Positions 13,502 to 25,699 of a stretch of DNA of 64,000 nucleotides are shown piece after piece. The DNA is from Lama glama. Lineage: Eukaryota. The stretch is from positions 82,028,001 through 82,092,000 of the forward strand of contig CM052816.1 of assembly GCA_028534125.1 (NCBI GenBank). The letters are read 5' to 3'. Position 1 is the first letter of the stretch. Each line of letters starts with the position of its first letter. Below the pieces are notes generated by a model that was not told where the DNA came from, ran no database searches, and saw only the letters and a list, made by a program, of their open reading frames with translations. The position numbers were made by a program, and so were the translations under genes.

Positions 13502-14375
13502 TTCAACAACCAAAAGGCAAACAACCTAATTAAAAAATTGGCAGAGGCTCTGAATAGACACTGTTCCAGAGAAGACATACAGATGGCCAACGGGCACATG
13601 AAAAGATGCTCAACATCACTGATTATTAGGGAAACAGAAATCAAAACCAGAGTGAGCTACCACCTCACACCTGTTAGAATGGCTATTATTGAAAAGACAG
13701 GAAATAATAAATGTTGGCAAGGATGTATAGAAAATGGAACCCTTGTGCACTATTAGTGGGAATGTAAATTGGTGCAGCCATGATGGAAAACAGTATGGAG
13801 AATCCTCAAAAAATTAAAAATAGAGCTACCTACCATGTGATCCAGCAATTCCACTTCTGGGTATTTATCTGAAGAACATGAAAACATCTATTCAAAAAGA
13901 TATACGTGCCCCTATGTTCGCTCCAGCATTATTTACCGTAGCCAGGATATGAAAACAACCTGTGTCCATCAACAGATGAATGGGTAAAGAAGATATGGTG
14001 TATATACACAATGGAATATTACTCAGCCATAAAAAGTGTGAAATCCTGCCATTTGCAACAACATGGGTAGACCTTGAGGATATTATGCTAAGTGAAATAA
14101 GTCAGGCAGAGAAAGACAAATGCTGTCTGATTTCACTCATATGTGGAATCTAGAACAAAGCAATAAACAAACAAAATAAAATAAAAACTCATAGATACAA
14201 AGATCAGATTAGTGGTTACCAGAAAGGAAGGGGCTTGGACAGGTGAGTGAAGTGGGTGAAGGGGTCAACTGTATGGTGATGGATTGTTACTAGACTTGTG
14301 GTGGTGATTGCTTTGTAGGGTATACAGACGTCAAATCATAATGCTGTACACCTGAAACTTACATTATAATAATAA
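13502..14375 (+). mobile_element. L1 LINE fragment: ORF2 C-terminal region plus 3' UTR
   Basis: Translation [58 protein letters not shown] is the L1 ORF2p C-terminal segment; disrupted by stops; ends with gctgtacacctgaaact and an A-rich tail. Confidence 0.92.
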
Positions 14376-17024
14376 GAAGAGAATAATTATTGATCACTGT
14401 GAAAACTGTCTTACAATGAGAATTTTCAAAAACAAAAAAACAAAAACAAAACCAAGAAATCTAAACCTGGGTGGAAAATACTCCAACTAACTGAAAGCAA
14501 ACACTTTTTAAATTCTAATGGGTCTCCTGCCTTGTTTTAGATATTTTCAGTGTTCTTTTTAGATTGATTAGAGCTTAAACAGTTGTTCTCTATCTATGTT
14601 ACACTGCAAATGTGGCGTTCAGATATTTATTTTCCAGTTTAACATTTCAGTAACAGTCTGTTATTTTCCACCTAGGTTGCTTTGTGACAATCTCATGCAG
14701 AATTCCCTCCTAAGTGGTCTTTTCTCTTTTAGATGCATCTTATTATACATTAAAGAGTAATGAGTTAATGGGGGCCATCCAGTGACTATAGGGGAGTAAG
14801 CGCTCAGCACAACCTTGTAAATAAGTAGTTGCTTTCTCCCCTAGAGAGCTTTAAAATATGTCCACACTGGAAACATCTTAAAGGACTGGTTAAAAAAAGA
14901 TCTTTACTTAGCATTGGGTCTATACAGTGCTCACCATGAATACACGTGGGTGTTTATAGAAGCAAGAAAGTGAACATGAAATGGTTTTCCCATTGTGCGT
15001 GTTTCATGCAGCGCATGAAGCACAGAAGAGTCCAGAAATGCTAGATTTCTGCAAGGAAGCCAGCAGCTCATCTCGGAGCTTCGGGGGAACAGTAATTGGT
15101 CGAAGGCAGAGGAGCTGTGACTTGAACAGCTGGCTGCTGCTGTCACCTAGGCAACAGTCACTTCCTGGGCTTTCCTTGCAGGAAGAAGGACCTCCGAGTT
15201 CCCACCAGGGACCTTGTCCCTTAGGGTAGGGGGAAGGACTCTGTGACTCACTGTGCAGTATTTAGTATGAGAAATAAGGCAGGGTGCCAGCCAGGCCTTC
15301 GTGTTGTTGCTCGGTATTTCATTAGAGCAGGAGGTAGAACAGCCCACCCACAATCTGGACCCCACCCTTTGTTTCCCTGCTCAGATCTCCCACGGAGTTT
15401 TGCCACATAGTCGGTGGCATTGTCTGACCTCTGTGCTCCGTGGTCAGTGTCCAGCCTTCAGATTCCTTCTTAGTTAAATTTGTGAAATGAAGCTTGGAAG
15501 CTGGATCAAGATTGCAGTTCCAGAAACTTAAAAGTAATTATTCAGAAAATCTCTTACATCGTCTCTATCCATCTAAGTATCATGGGAATTCAAATTTAGA
15601 GATTAGTTTCTCCTAAGATCAGGCCCAGTGTTCATGTTGCCGTAGTAACGTTGCTCATGTAAGAGAGAGTTTCCGTGCGACCCATTTGTCAAACTCTGTT
15701 CCAGTTACATGGGCTGGATTTATAAGCTCCATAGACTACTTCAACTCCATTCCTCTTCTGCAGATTCATGTATTATTTTACAGGCAGGCATCAAACTCTG
15801 CAGTTGGATTCAAAATTAATGAAATATCAGGACTGATAGGCTGTCTATTTGAGACAAATTAAAAAGACTGTAGTCATTGTACACAGCCAGTGTCTTCTTT
15901 CTGGAGCTCACACAAACTTTAGTGGCAAAACTTTTCCCCAATCCTGCCCACAGCCATGGTATAAAGACAGATACCATCAAACTGCTCACAATCCAGAAAA
16001 AAAAATGGTGTAGCCAAGCTTTTGGAGCTTCAGTAATTTGAATTCCAGTCCCAGATTTTGACTTTGACTCCATCCTCAGTTTGATGTTACTAGTTAGTGT
16101 GTGATGCAATCATTTAGAAACGGCATGCAGGGTGTTTGTATCAGGAGAGATTCTGTAAAGTACATGCTTCACTTTGAAGAAGGAAGATTGAGCACACATT
16201 TGCCTTTTGACATTTCCCCAAAACCACTGGGGAAAAATATATAGAAGTAGTTAACCCATAGTGAGAAGACCAAGATAAGGGCAAGGAAATGTGGGTCACC
16301 AATGGATAAGAAAGTTTGATGAATTTCTGGGAGACAGAAAAAGAATGGAAGAATGTTGAAGGAAGGAGGCCTAAAAAATGCTATGGGAGACAGCAGTGCA
16401 ACTGGGAGCCAAGAATCTTGAAGAGATTCTAGGTTCTACATCAAGCTGTGGGATGAAACAGGAGTGAAAGGCATTACTCAAAGATCATCTCATGGAGGAG
16501 CAACACAGGTGGGTCCCATAGCTCTGTATGCAGAACAACAAGAAGCCTAGGACTGTCCATGAGCCAAACCAGCCAACCCACCAACCAACCAACTAACCAT
16601 TATCCAGTCCACCAAGCCACTGACCAATCATCAACCAATCAGCAAAAACAGAGGGATGTTTTCTAAAACAAATATGAACTCTGAGAAAAAGTCAAGGTCC
16701 CAGCTGTGTCTGGGTGCCTGGAGTAGACCCATCTTCCTTCCACCTGTGGTAGACCTGTAGCCTCACAGAGGCTGACCCTCCCCTCATTGTAAAGCAAAAC
16801 AGTTAGCCTCATCCACGTGCCTCATCCACGTGAGCAAGCTTCCCGATCAGAATTCCCTCACCAAAGGAGAGGGCCTTTGGGACTAGAGATCTACGTACAC
16901 CATAGTAGAGGAGAGCCACACCAACATCTCTGGCTTCTGTTCTGAAATATGAATGAACTGCATCAGTCAGAGGATAAAAAACCAGCCACATGGCGAAGAA
17001 GGACCAAGAGAGCCTGTATCAGCT

Positions 17025-17425
17025 AAGATGCCTTCAACTGCAAGTAACAGAAAATCCAACTAAATTGAACTTGAACAAGGAGGACATTTATTTTCTCCTA
17101 AAGAAAGGTCTAGGGATGGCAAGTTCTTAAATGAGTAGCTCAGTAATGTCATCAAGGACTTGGGATTTTCATATTTCTGTCCCACTGTCCTTAGCCTGTT
17201 AGTGATTTCTTTCCTCATGGTTATAGATGGCAGCAGATACACATGAATGATTGCTTAACTTTTTTTTTTTTTTTACCATATGTCACTTATTATTAGTGTG
17301 AATACCTTTCCTATAAATGTCTCAGGAGCTTTTCCTCATGGTCACTTCGGATCTCAGGAACTGGGTGTCAAGCCTATGCCTGTAAATCACTAGAAATGGG
17401 AACAAGACCATTGTGAATGGCTTAG
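17025..17425 (-). mobile_element. Old MaLR LTR (MLT1J/K/L-like)
   Basis: tgtatcagctaagatgccttcaactgcaagtaacagaaaatccaactaaa is the reverse MLT1 terminus. Confidence 0.6.
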
Positions 17426-17427
17426 AC

Positions 17428-17527
17428 CAGGATTTCTCAGCCTTTGTACTATTGATACTTTGGGCTAGACAATTCTTCGTTGTGGGGGGTTGTCCTGTGT
17501 GTTGTAGAATGTTTAGCAGCATCCCTG
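17428..17527. mobile_element. MER20 hAT fragment (one half)
   Basis: caggatttctcagcctttgtactattgatactttggg...ttgtcctgtgtgttgtagaatgtttagcagcatccctg. Confidence 0.8.
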
Positions 17528-17940
17528 CAAAGTCATACAGCACTCTGGAGGGGCATCTTCTTGACCAGTCTCATTTAGGCCATTAAAGACAACAGTCAAC
17601 AGGGAACCTTCTAGAGAACAGAACCGAGGGCAGAAAGACCACGGGAGCTGCATACAGAGAGCAGAGGCAAGGTCGACTTTGCCAGGGTGGGATTTGATAT
17701 ACGCAGTAGAGCAGTGACCTCTGTATACCTCCTATCCTACCAATTCCCAAATGGGTGGGTATTTGTCCTCTTTTGTTTTGGTTTTTGGTTTTCTTGGTTT
17801 TGTTTTTGTTTTTCAGTTATTCTATTTCTTCTCCTCCATCATATATCTGGTATATTGTTTCTTAGCATAGATCATCTGACCCTGAAGAGAACCATCTACA
17901 CTTGGCAGAGGGAAACCATCACTCAGAAATCATGGACTTT

Positions 17941-18079
17941 GGGGGAGGGTATAGCTCAGTGATAGAGTGTGTGCTTAGCATGCATGAGGTCCTGGGTTCA
18001 ATCCCCAGTACCTCTATTAAAAAAAATAAGTAGATAAACTTAATTACCTTCCCTCTAAAAAACAGAAAATAAAATAAAA
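17941..18079 (+). mobile_element. tRNA-derived SINE (camelid Vic-1-like)
   Basis: ggggagggtatagctcagtgatagagtg (A box) ... gaggtcctgggttcaatccccagtacctc (B box) plus A-rich tail. Confidence 0.85.
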
Positions 18080-18269
18080 GGTACTTTGATGTGGTCAACA
18101 GCACTTGGGCTTAAAAAAAAAATTGTGGGCTTCAAGTTTGATGCAGCAGCTGAATGAGACTCTGTGGGTGTCTCCCTTGGTGAAGGGGTGAATGTGTTCC
18201 GCTGGTGTCTATGGATATTGAGGCACTAAAGGGAGGCCGTTGGCCGACTCTGCAGATTAGATTCCTCAG

Positions 18270-18740
18270 CATCTCTTTCCAGCCTCCTTCGTGCTTCCCT
18301 GTCTTTACTATAGAGGTTATACACGTGCATACTTATCTGGTCACCCACATAGCTCGTCGTAGTCACGTGACATAGGTCTGGCCAATAAGACATCAACAGA
18401 AGTTTAAGGAGGGAACTACTCTGGGAAGCATCTGCTTTATTGATAAAGGAAACAGATGCAGCTGGCTCCAGCCCTTCCTTCCTGTGTCCATTTCCTCCCA
18501 CCTGGACCACAAAGGTGATTCCTGGAACTGGTTGTCTTGCAACCATGAAACAACAGATCAATGTGCTGAGGATGGTATAGTGGTAGATAGAGTCTAGATC
18601 TTCCGAACCATTATCCATTTTATCGGTTCTAGATTGTCTTGTCTCTGAACTTATCGATTTGTGAATATTTTATAAGTTGGATGTTCTGAATCATTATAAG
18701 TCATGTATTCTATCATTTGAAACTAAGCAGCAACTGGTTA
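18270..18740 (+). mobile_element. Old MaLR LTR (MLT1K/L-like)
   Basis: gtcacgtgacataggtctggccaataagacat...ttgcaaccatga...atgtgctgaggatgg. Confidence 0.55.
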
Positions 18741-20755
18741 GTAACACGTAAGAAGGTAGCATGAAAGAGAAAGGCTGGAATGAAGGATAGGGATGCTAGC
18801 AGCCTCACCTTCCATGCAGTGGGATTGAGACACTGACGTCTGTCTTTGGAAACTGGTCTATGATAGTATTTGGTACTTACCCTCTGAGCCTCACCATTTT
18901 TTGGTTTTTAATCCAAAGATCTTTTCTCTATTAAATATTGTGTATCAGGCTGAGACATTCTGGGCTTATTACTAGAGGAGGGCTGTCATAGCCACATGCA
19001 TCAGTCAAGGTATTGGTTTTTGAGATTCTGAGTATGCTTTTGAAATTCAGTATCTAGAAATCCAAAGAATTTCAACTTGCAAGAGCCAGGATTTCTTGAG
19101 AAAGAATATGTGTTGAATTCCAAAAGCTCGGTTTTGCGTATCCAAAGAAAAGCATCTCCAAAGGTATCAGGGCCTAAAAGTAGGTTTGCCTGCAGTGAGG
19201 AAGGAGACTAGAGGTTTCAAGAGTAGGTAAGTACTTGGGAAGTTGTTTGTATTCTGCCCTCCACCCTCCACCACAGTCCTGGGGGAGGAGGAGAGGGCAG
19301 CAGTGCACACCTCTCTGCATTCAACTCCCAGGAGGTGGCAAGCCTTGCAGAGGCCCCCTCAATGCTTAGCAGAATGGTGCCGCAGCCATAAAATGGGAGT
19401 TATAGGGGGCAGGCCAAGGCAAAGAGGGCCCGAGACAGCCCTGCTGAGTTTCCTTTTTCCCCATCGTCACAGAAGAGAATCACAAAGCTGTTCACGAGTG
19501 AAGAAGGGTCACAGCAGGGTGAAGATGGCTAGTGGATCTGATGGGAGCTCTTATGAGAACACGGATGATACAAACCATGTGGACTAGTAACCAGAGACCA
19601 TGGTGGTGCCTTGATCAGTACAGGGGATGTCAATGCAGATGTCAGTGACCAAAGACCAGACTTGCCAGAAGAGGTCAGAGGTTCATCACAGATAGAAGCC
19701 GACCTAACCCCGATGCTTTGGCACCACAGCAACCCTCCAGATATAACCTGCCCTCCCGTGAACAGTGAGTGGATGGGAGGCATTAAATCCGACCTTTTAG
19801 AGTTTAAATGTAAAGTGACCAAGTTTGCATGGAATTGATAATGATTAAGGTTTCTGCTGATTAAGGTACAATAGGGTCTTTTAGTTACAAATAGTAAAGT
19901 TAATCCTTTTTATGCCCAATAACATGGCTTCAAAAAATGGAACCTGTTACAAAAGAAATTGAGGCATAAGTATATTATTTAAAATAATTAAAGATAAACA
20001 AGCAAAGAGTTAAAAATGATAATACATCAAATATTATAAAGAGGAACAGGTGGAAGAGGAGAGGATAGTCATAAAAGTGAATTAAATCCTCATCTTTCAT
20101 TCCTGAAAGACAATAGGCTAAATATAAATTTGATACATCCAGAAATCTCATATTCTTGTTACTCAGTATTTTGAAAGTAACAAGGAGAAGAGTTAAAAAC
20201 TAGTTAAGAGGTTGTTTCTTGGGAGAGGGGCTGGGCTAGGTGGGAGACTGTTTCTTTTCATCATAAATTTTTCTTTGCTCTTTGATTTTTTTTCTCACAA
20301 CATACTTGTGTTACTTTGATATAAATTAAACTAGAAAAGGATTAATCATGAGCCTGTGTGAGTTTGTGTTTTATGCTGCAGCGGTATATGCTAATAGAAT
20401 ACTCACACTAAAGATAAAATACACCGAAGCGTTCTGAGAATATGGGCTACCGTGCACTGCACAGTGGCTTTGCAAAGCTCTGCGAGAATTCCTAGACTCT
20501 GTGAGCAAAAATGGCAACTACCAGACCAGCAGGAAGGATAATATGGGCAGGAGACAGAAGAGAAGGACAATAACACACAAAGCTTGGATGGGGAGACTTT
20601 CAAAACAGTTACTGTGGGAGAAATTGCATGAGAAGTTTTGTCAGAGCAGCTGGAGATGTGGGATGACACGTGGAGAATCTGGACTGTCTTTTGTGAAATG
20701 TACTGGGCGTAGTTTTTAAAGTTTAAGGTTTTTCCAAAGAGAGGACTATACCAAT

Positions 20756-22210
20756 TGGATAATGGAAACAAGATTAAATAGTTACTAAACAACAATTGTT
20801 GTTTTGCACATAAAATGTAACGTAATGGAAGCTTATTAAACTTTCGTCCCCCTGCACTGTCTTCTTCACCAGTTTTTCAACTGTTTTAGGGCTTATGGTT
20901 ATCTTTCACTCAAACAGCATTTATAGCTTTATGGGTTTTAAAATTTATTATTGTATTATTTAATTATTTTATTTTGGTGTGGGGAAGTAACTAGGTTTAT
21001 TTATTTTTAGAGGAGGTACTGGGGACTGAACCCAAGACCTCATGCATGCTAAGCAAGTGCTCTACCACTTGAGCTATACCCTCCCCCCTGTCAAACAGCA
21101 TTTAAAAATAAATTTAAGCACAAATGTCTTTAGGGGAAAATAAAGGCTAAACAGGAGGGCACTTTGAGACATGGAAACAGTGCAGATATTCTTCAGACAG
21201 TACCTGCAAAGTGGCATTTTCAACGTGGTACCAAGTTCATTCCCATAGAGTCTGAAGAGGCAAGTGAGAGTCATATATTCTACATCCCCAGTCAATTCAA
21301 GTTGGCTTAGGACTGTAACAATAACTAGTGGGATTAATTAAACTTCTCAGCCTGAAAAATTTCCTGAAATTATTTGCAGAGAACAATCAGAGAACAAACT
21401 AGATTTATTTAAAAAATTGATTTCAACCCATAACACCAAGGGTATAGTCGTGCTGTTCCACAACTGTATTGTGGTTGCATCAAAGAAAAAATTCTATTTG
21501 TGTGGCTGCCGAGAGGTGAGTGGAAGCCTCTGACCTCTAATGGCGCAGTTTTGCCCTCTCATTACAGCATTCTGGGAACACTGGCGGCAGGCTGCTTTCT
21601 CTAGAACTGGCCTTGGCTTCCTCGCCATTGGTCTGGCCACCTGGGAGAGGTCTTATTCACAGATGACAACATAGAGAGAGGTTTAGAAAGAGGTTGAATC
21701 AAAAAAATCAAGTTCTGTACACATATTTTATACCCACAACAGGATGCCTTCATTTAAATTCAGCCCTAAGCTACTTATTCAACTACACGGAAATACACCT
21801 AACCCTCTTCTATCACTGTGAATTCTTACCTGAAATCCCTGCCATTAAGTGAAAAGCTGTTACATGAAAAATATTTCTGTTAGTTGTAATGAATTCTGTT
21901 CTCACTCAAGGTTTTCAATTTTCTGAGAGAGAGAAATGTATCCACTGGATAATGAAAACAGGTTAAATAGTTAATAAACAATTGTAAAATACATGGATAG
22001 AATTTGCACATAAAATGTAATATAATAAAGACTTATTACAGTTTTTCCCCTGCACTATTTTCTTCACCAATTTTTCAACTGTTTCAGGGCTTATGGTTAT
22101 CTTGCACTCAAACGGCATTTAAAAATAAATTTAAGCACAGATGAATATCTTCAGGGAAAAAATAAAGGCTAAATGTGAGAGCACTTGGAAAGACATGGAA
22201 ATAGTGCAGG
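20756..22210 (+). repeat. Diverged direct duplication of ~260 bp (copy A ~20756-21185, SINE-interrupted; copy B ~21946-22210)
   Basis: Shared colinear blocks tggataatg(g/a)aaaca, tttgcacataaaatgtaa, cccctgcact, tttttcaactgttt, gggcttatggttatctt, taaaaataaatttaagcaca, agacatggaaa(c/t)agtgcag. Confidence 0.88.
20924..21090 (-). mobile_element. tRNA-derived SINE (Vic-1-like) with perfect 14-bp TSD
   Basis: Reverse SINE head ending gagctataccctcccccc; TSD tcaaacagcattta at 20910-20923 and 21091-21104. Confidence 0.9.
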
Positions 22211-22497
22211 TACAACAGACTAAAGATGAGTGGAAGATGCCCCTTCTTTATTTCTCTTGCTCAGCATATGTCCACAAAGCAAAACATCCAAACATGGACA
22301 CAATTCAGATTTGTTCCAGATGATGTCCTCTAACTGAAGACACTGGCTGAATATTTGCCTGAAAGCATAATTTCAGAATATCACTTGTTATAGCTCATTT
22401 ATTTAGTATGCTTGGGGATGCAAAATCATTATAGTGGAAAAAAAGGAGTTATGGCAGAGTGACGGGTGGAGTTTTTGTTATTGTCATTATTTTGACA

Positions 22498-22871
22498 TGT
22501 CTATGAACTGAACTGTGGTTCTCCCCCAAATTCATATGGTGAAGCCCTAACCCTCAATGTGGTGGCATTTGGAGATGGGGGTCTTTGGAAGGTAATTAGT
22601 TTAGATGAGGTCATGACAGTGGGGCCCCCATGATGAGACTTGTGTCCTGATAAGAAGAGACACCAGAAAGCTCTCCAGTCTCTCAGCCATGTGGGAACAC
22701 AGCATGAAGGTGGCCATTTGAAAGCCTGGAAGAGAATTTCACCAGAACCTGACCATGCTGGCATCCTGATGTTGGACTTCCAGCCTCTAGCACTGTGAAA
22801 AAATTAACTTCTGTTGTTTGAGCCACCCGGTCTATGGTATTTTGTCATGGCAGCCTGAGCAGACTAAGACA
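22498..22871 (+). mobile_element. MLT1A-type MaLR solo LTR, full length
   Basis: tg...ccccaaattcatatggtgaagccctaaccctcaatgtg...ggacttccagcctctag...tatggtattttgtcatggcagcctgagcagactaagaca. Confidence 0.9.
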
Positions 22872-23062
22872 GATACTGAAAGGAAGTAAAGAGAAGGAGT
22901 GTAAGACTTGATTTTCATGTCACCCTGGCTTTAGGGCAGTGAAAGAGACTCAGGGCAGCCACGAGGGAGCAGGAACACCCAAGGTTCAGAGGAGTCGTTA
23001 TTGCCTGACGAGACCCAGATGGGTCCTGGTGGGAGAGGCTGGCATTTGCTGATCTCTGCAGG

Positions 23063-23305
23063 TGTGGCAGGCAGAGTTCAAGGTGGCCTCCAGATTCCTG
23101 GTCCCTAGTGCACACACACCTTCTGGAAAGCATAATTTCAGAATATCACTTCTTATAGCTCATATAGCTTATAACTGGAAGTTATTCAGCCAATCAGTAA
23201 TCTAGAGACTGTTATGGGTGGATTTTTGCAGATGTCATTAAGTCTCAAATCAGTTGGCATTAGATAGGGTGATTGTCTGGGTGGATCTGACCTAATCACA
23301 CGAGC
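23063..23305 (+). mobile_element. MLT1E-type LTR 5' part containing a 52-bp insertion
   Basis: tgtggcaggcagagttcaaggtggcctccagattcc...gttattcagccaatcagtaatctag...ttttgcagatgtcattaag...gacctaatcacacgagc. Confidence 0.75.
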
Positions 23306-23416
23306 TTAATCCCCTTTTTAGAGACCCTGTCTCCAAATACACTCACATTCGTAGGAACTGGAGGTTAAGGCTTCAACATGCGGATGGGGAGGGGGGTCAC
23401 TCTTCGGTCCATTACA
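23303..23416 (-). mobile_element. MLT1B/C-type LTR 5' fragment
   Basis: Reverse reads tgtaatggaccgaa...catgttgaagccttaacctccag...gaatgtgagtgtatttggagacagggtctctaaa. Confidence 0.75.
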
Positions 23417-24894
23417 GTGGTATTTATTGACCCTCTGAAACTTCATCAACAGCCCCCCTTTCTTAACTACATTCTCACACAAAATTTTGAGACCGATTTT
23501 TCCCCCTCACTCTATTTGTTTTAATGCCAAGAACTAGGGAAATTTTAATCAGGGCACTGTTTTGTTTCTTTAAAGAAAAAGCAGATCAATGATGTTCCAA
23601 GGCTGGATCCCAGTAGGGGAAGGGTTGCTGGTCTGTGCATCCCAGGGAATTGGAGAGCATTCAAGACAGGGCCTGGTGAGAACCTGCTCCACTGATAATC
23701 AAGACGACTGTAAGTCTTTCCTCAGGAACAATGTGGAGCAATGAGATCATCATTTCTACAACCCGATGGAATTTACGACTTGCCGAAATATCCGAGGTTA
23801 ACGTTGTGTGTATATTTAGCTTCCCAACTAATTATAAGACCATAATCCAGCCCATCTTTCTTCATTAGTTTTGTTCTGGGATACGTATTTCTCCCACCAA
23901 GTTTGAACTTGAATGGTTTTCCCAAGGGAAATAAATTCTGCTTCTAGAGTGATGGCTGAAGTTACAGAATTCTGTTAATATCCTCCATGACTGGAGACGG
24001 TCATTCACAGCTTTGTTTCAGGGATGCACAATCTTTAGGCATCTCCACACAATAAAAGGAAGGAATGACAGATCTGTGGCGATGAAGCACTTTTCTTGAT
24101 CAGTGTGATTATATCAGAATGCTCAACTTGGATATATTGATTTGTCTTTGAGAGTGCTTTGTGCCCCATAAATCTCACAGAAATATCTTTAAGGAGCTGC
24201 CCCAGAAGGCCACTGCTTCCCTCCTCAGCAAAGAGAAGCAAAGGCAGGGAGTCATCTGTCAAAGCTTCAAACAGAATGGTCCACTTATGAACTGACACTG
24301 GATGGTTTCCTATTCCGACATTCATGGGATTTTAAAACAAAGATGCATTTTATGATTAACCTCAGCATATGGAAGTGAAGAGCTATATTTGTCTTTTTTT
24401 GACTTACTTCAGCAACCTGAATTTTTAAAAAATCACTTTCAAGGAGAATCACATTTATTATTTCTCAAAAATTCAGTTTATATGCAGCATTGTTCAGAGC
24501 AATTTCTTTTTCTCTATGTTTAATAGCCAGGTGGACATTTGCTTTGGAGATGCACTCATACTTTGGAAGATTTGGCCACCGATAGAAAAGAACATTCTTG
24601 AGAGTGGTTTTTTTTTTTTTAATCCCACTGCCTTAGTACAGGGAAAATAGGTCTTAAAAATTATAAATAAATTTAAAAATATTGATTAAAAGTTTCTCAC
24701 TTGCTCTCTATTCTGGGACACATAACCTCAATTTTCTAATTTTTAAGAGCTGTCGTGAAAAGAGCATCATTTCTCACTTTCTCTTTGGGATTGGGTGACC
24801 TTGAACAATTATTGACTTGAAATTTATTTTTCCCCCTTGTGAAATATGTATTGTGACATAAGTAGGCAGCATTGGAGAGAGAGGGGAGGTAGTT

Positions 24895-25080
24895 AAGCAT
24901 AGTATTTATTTAGGAGCATGGGTTTCGAGCCAGTGTGGCTTGGTTACTTGCTGGTTGGATGACGCTCGGCATGTGACTTACCCCTGAGCCTTATTTTCCT
25001 TATCAGTGAAGTAGGCATAATAATTGCTTTTTCATCATCTGGTTGTTTGAAAAGGAAATGAAATAATTTATAAATATAGT
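24895..25080 (+). mobile_element. MIR SINE
   Basis: tgactta...ctgagccttattttccttatcagtgaagtaggcataataat. Confidence 0.55.
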
Positions 25081-25524
25081 GTGAGATTATTGTCATCATG
25101 AAAATAGCAAATAACTTTCAACTGATTGAAATATTTTACTTCCCTTAATACTTCCCTTTTACTTCTCTAAGACACAGACTCAAAGGGAAAGTAACGTCCA
25201 TAAAATTCAAACTGTGTCCTGGACAAAATGGATTGAAACCAGATTAATATAATTTGGAATATGTCTTTTGAATATCTATATTCATATATACATATACATA
25301 TGCACATATATACAGAGATACATACATAGATATTTATATAGAAATATAAAAATACATCTACTTACACTCAGTTGAAATTTCACAGAAGTTTTAAATAACA
25401 ACTTGAAATATATTTACCAAGATTTTATATTATAACACTACATTTCAAATACAAAACTATTTTCTAAATAAAAAATATTTAGTCACAAGGACAAAATTGG
25501 AATACAACTTAATAATCTCTCTTT

Positions 25525-25576
25525 GGTTTTGAGGTTTAAATTGTCCTTTAGGTTTTGAGGTTTAAATTGTCTTTTT
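25525..25576. repeat. 26-bp tandem duplication
   Basis: ggttttgaggtttaaattgtccttta followed by ggttttgaggtttaaattgtcttttt. Confidence 0.9.
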
Positions 25577-25699
25577 AAACTGCATTAACTCTTAAATCCT
25601 TCTTATAATGTCTTCATATTTAAGCTTCAGTGGAGAAAAAGGAGCTCATCATTCTCTCACTTATTTAAAAATATTCCTGGATTTAAAAACATTAAGAGC

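Noticed and set aside
13538..13756. 72-aa ORF with a protein-like sequence
   Set aside because: Disrupted L1 ORF2 remnant, not a host gene.
17941..18015. tRNA-like sequences with A and B boxes (also ~21015-21088 and ~32485-32561)
   Set aside because: A-rich tails, a TSD at one copy and three diverged copies show they are SINE heads, not tRNA genes.
19328..19340. CTCF-like CCAGGAGGTGGCA and scattered AP-1 TGASTCA sites
   Set aside because: Imperfect or short motifs at chance frequency with no supporting context.
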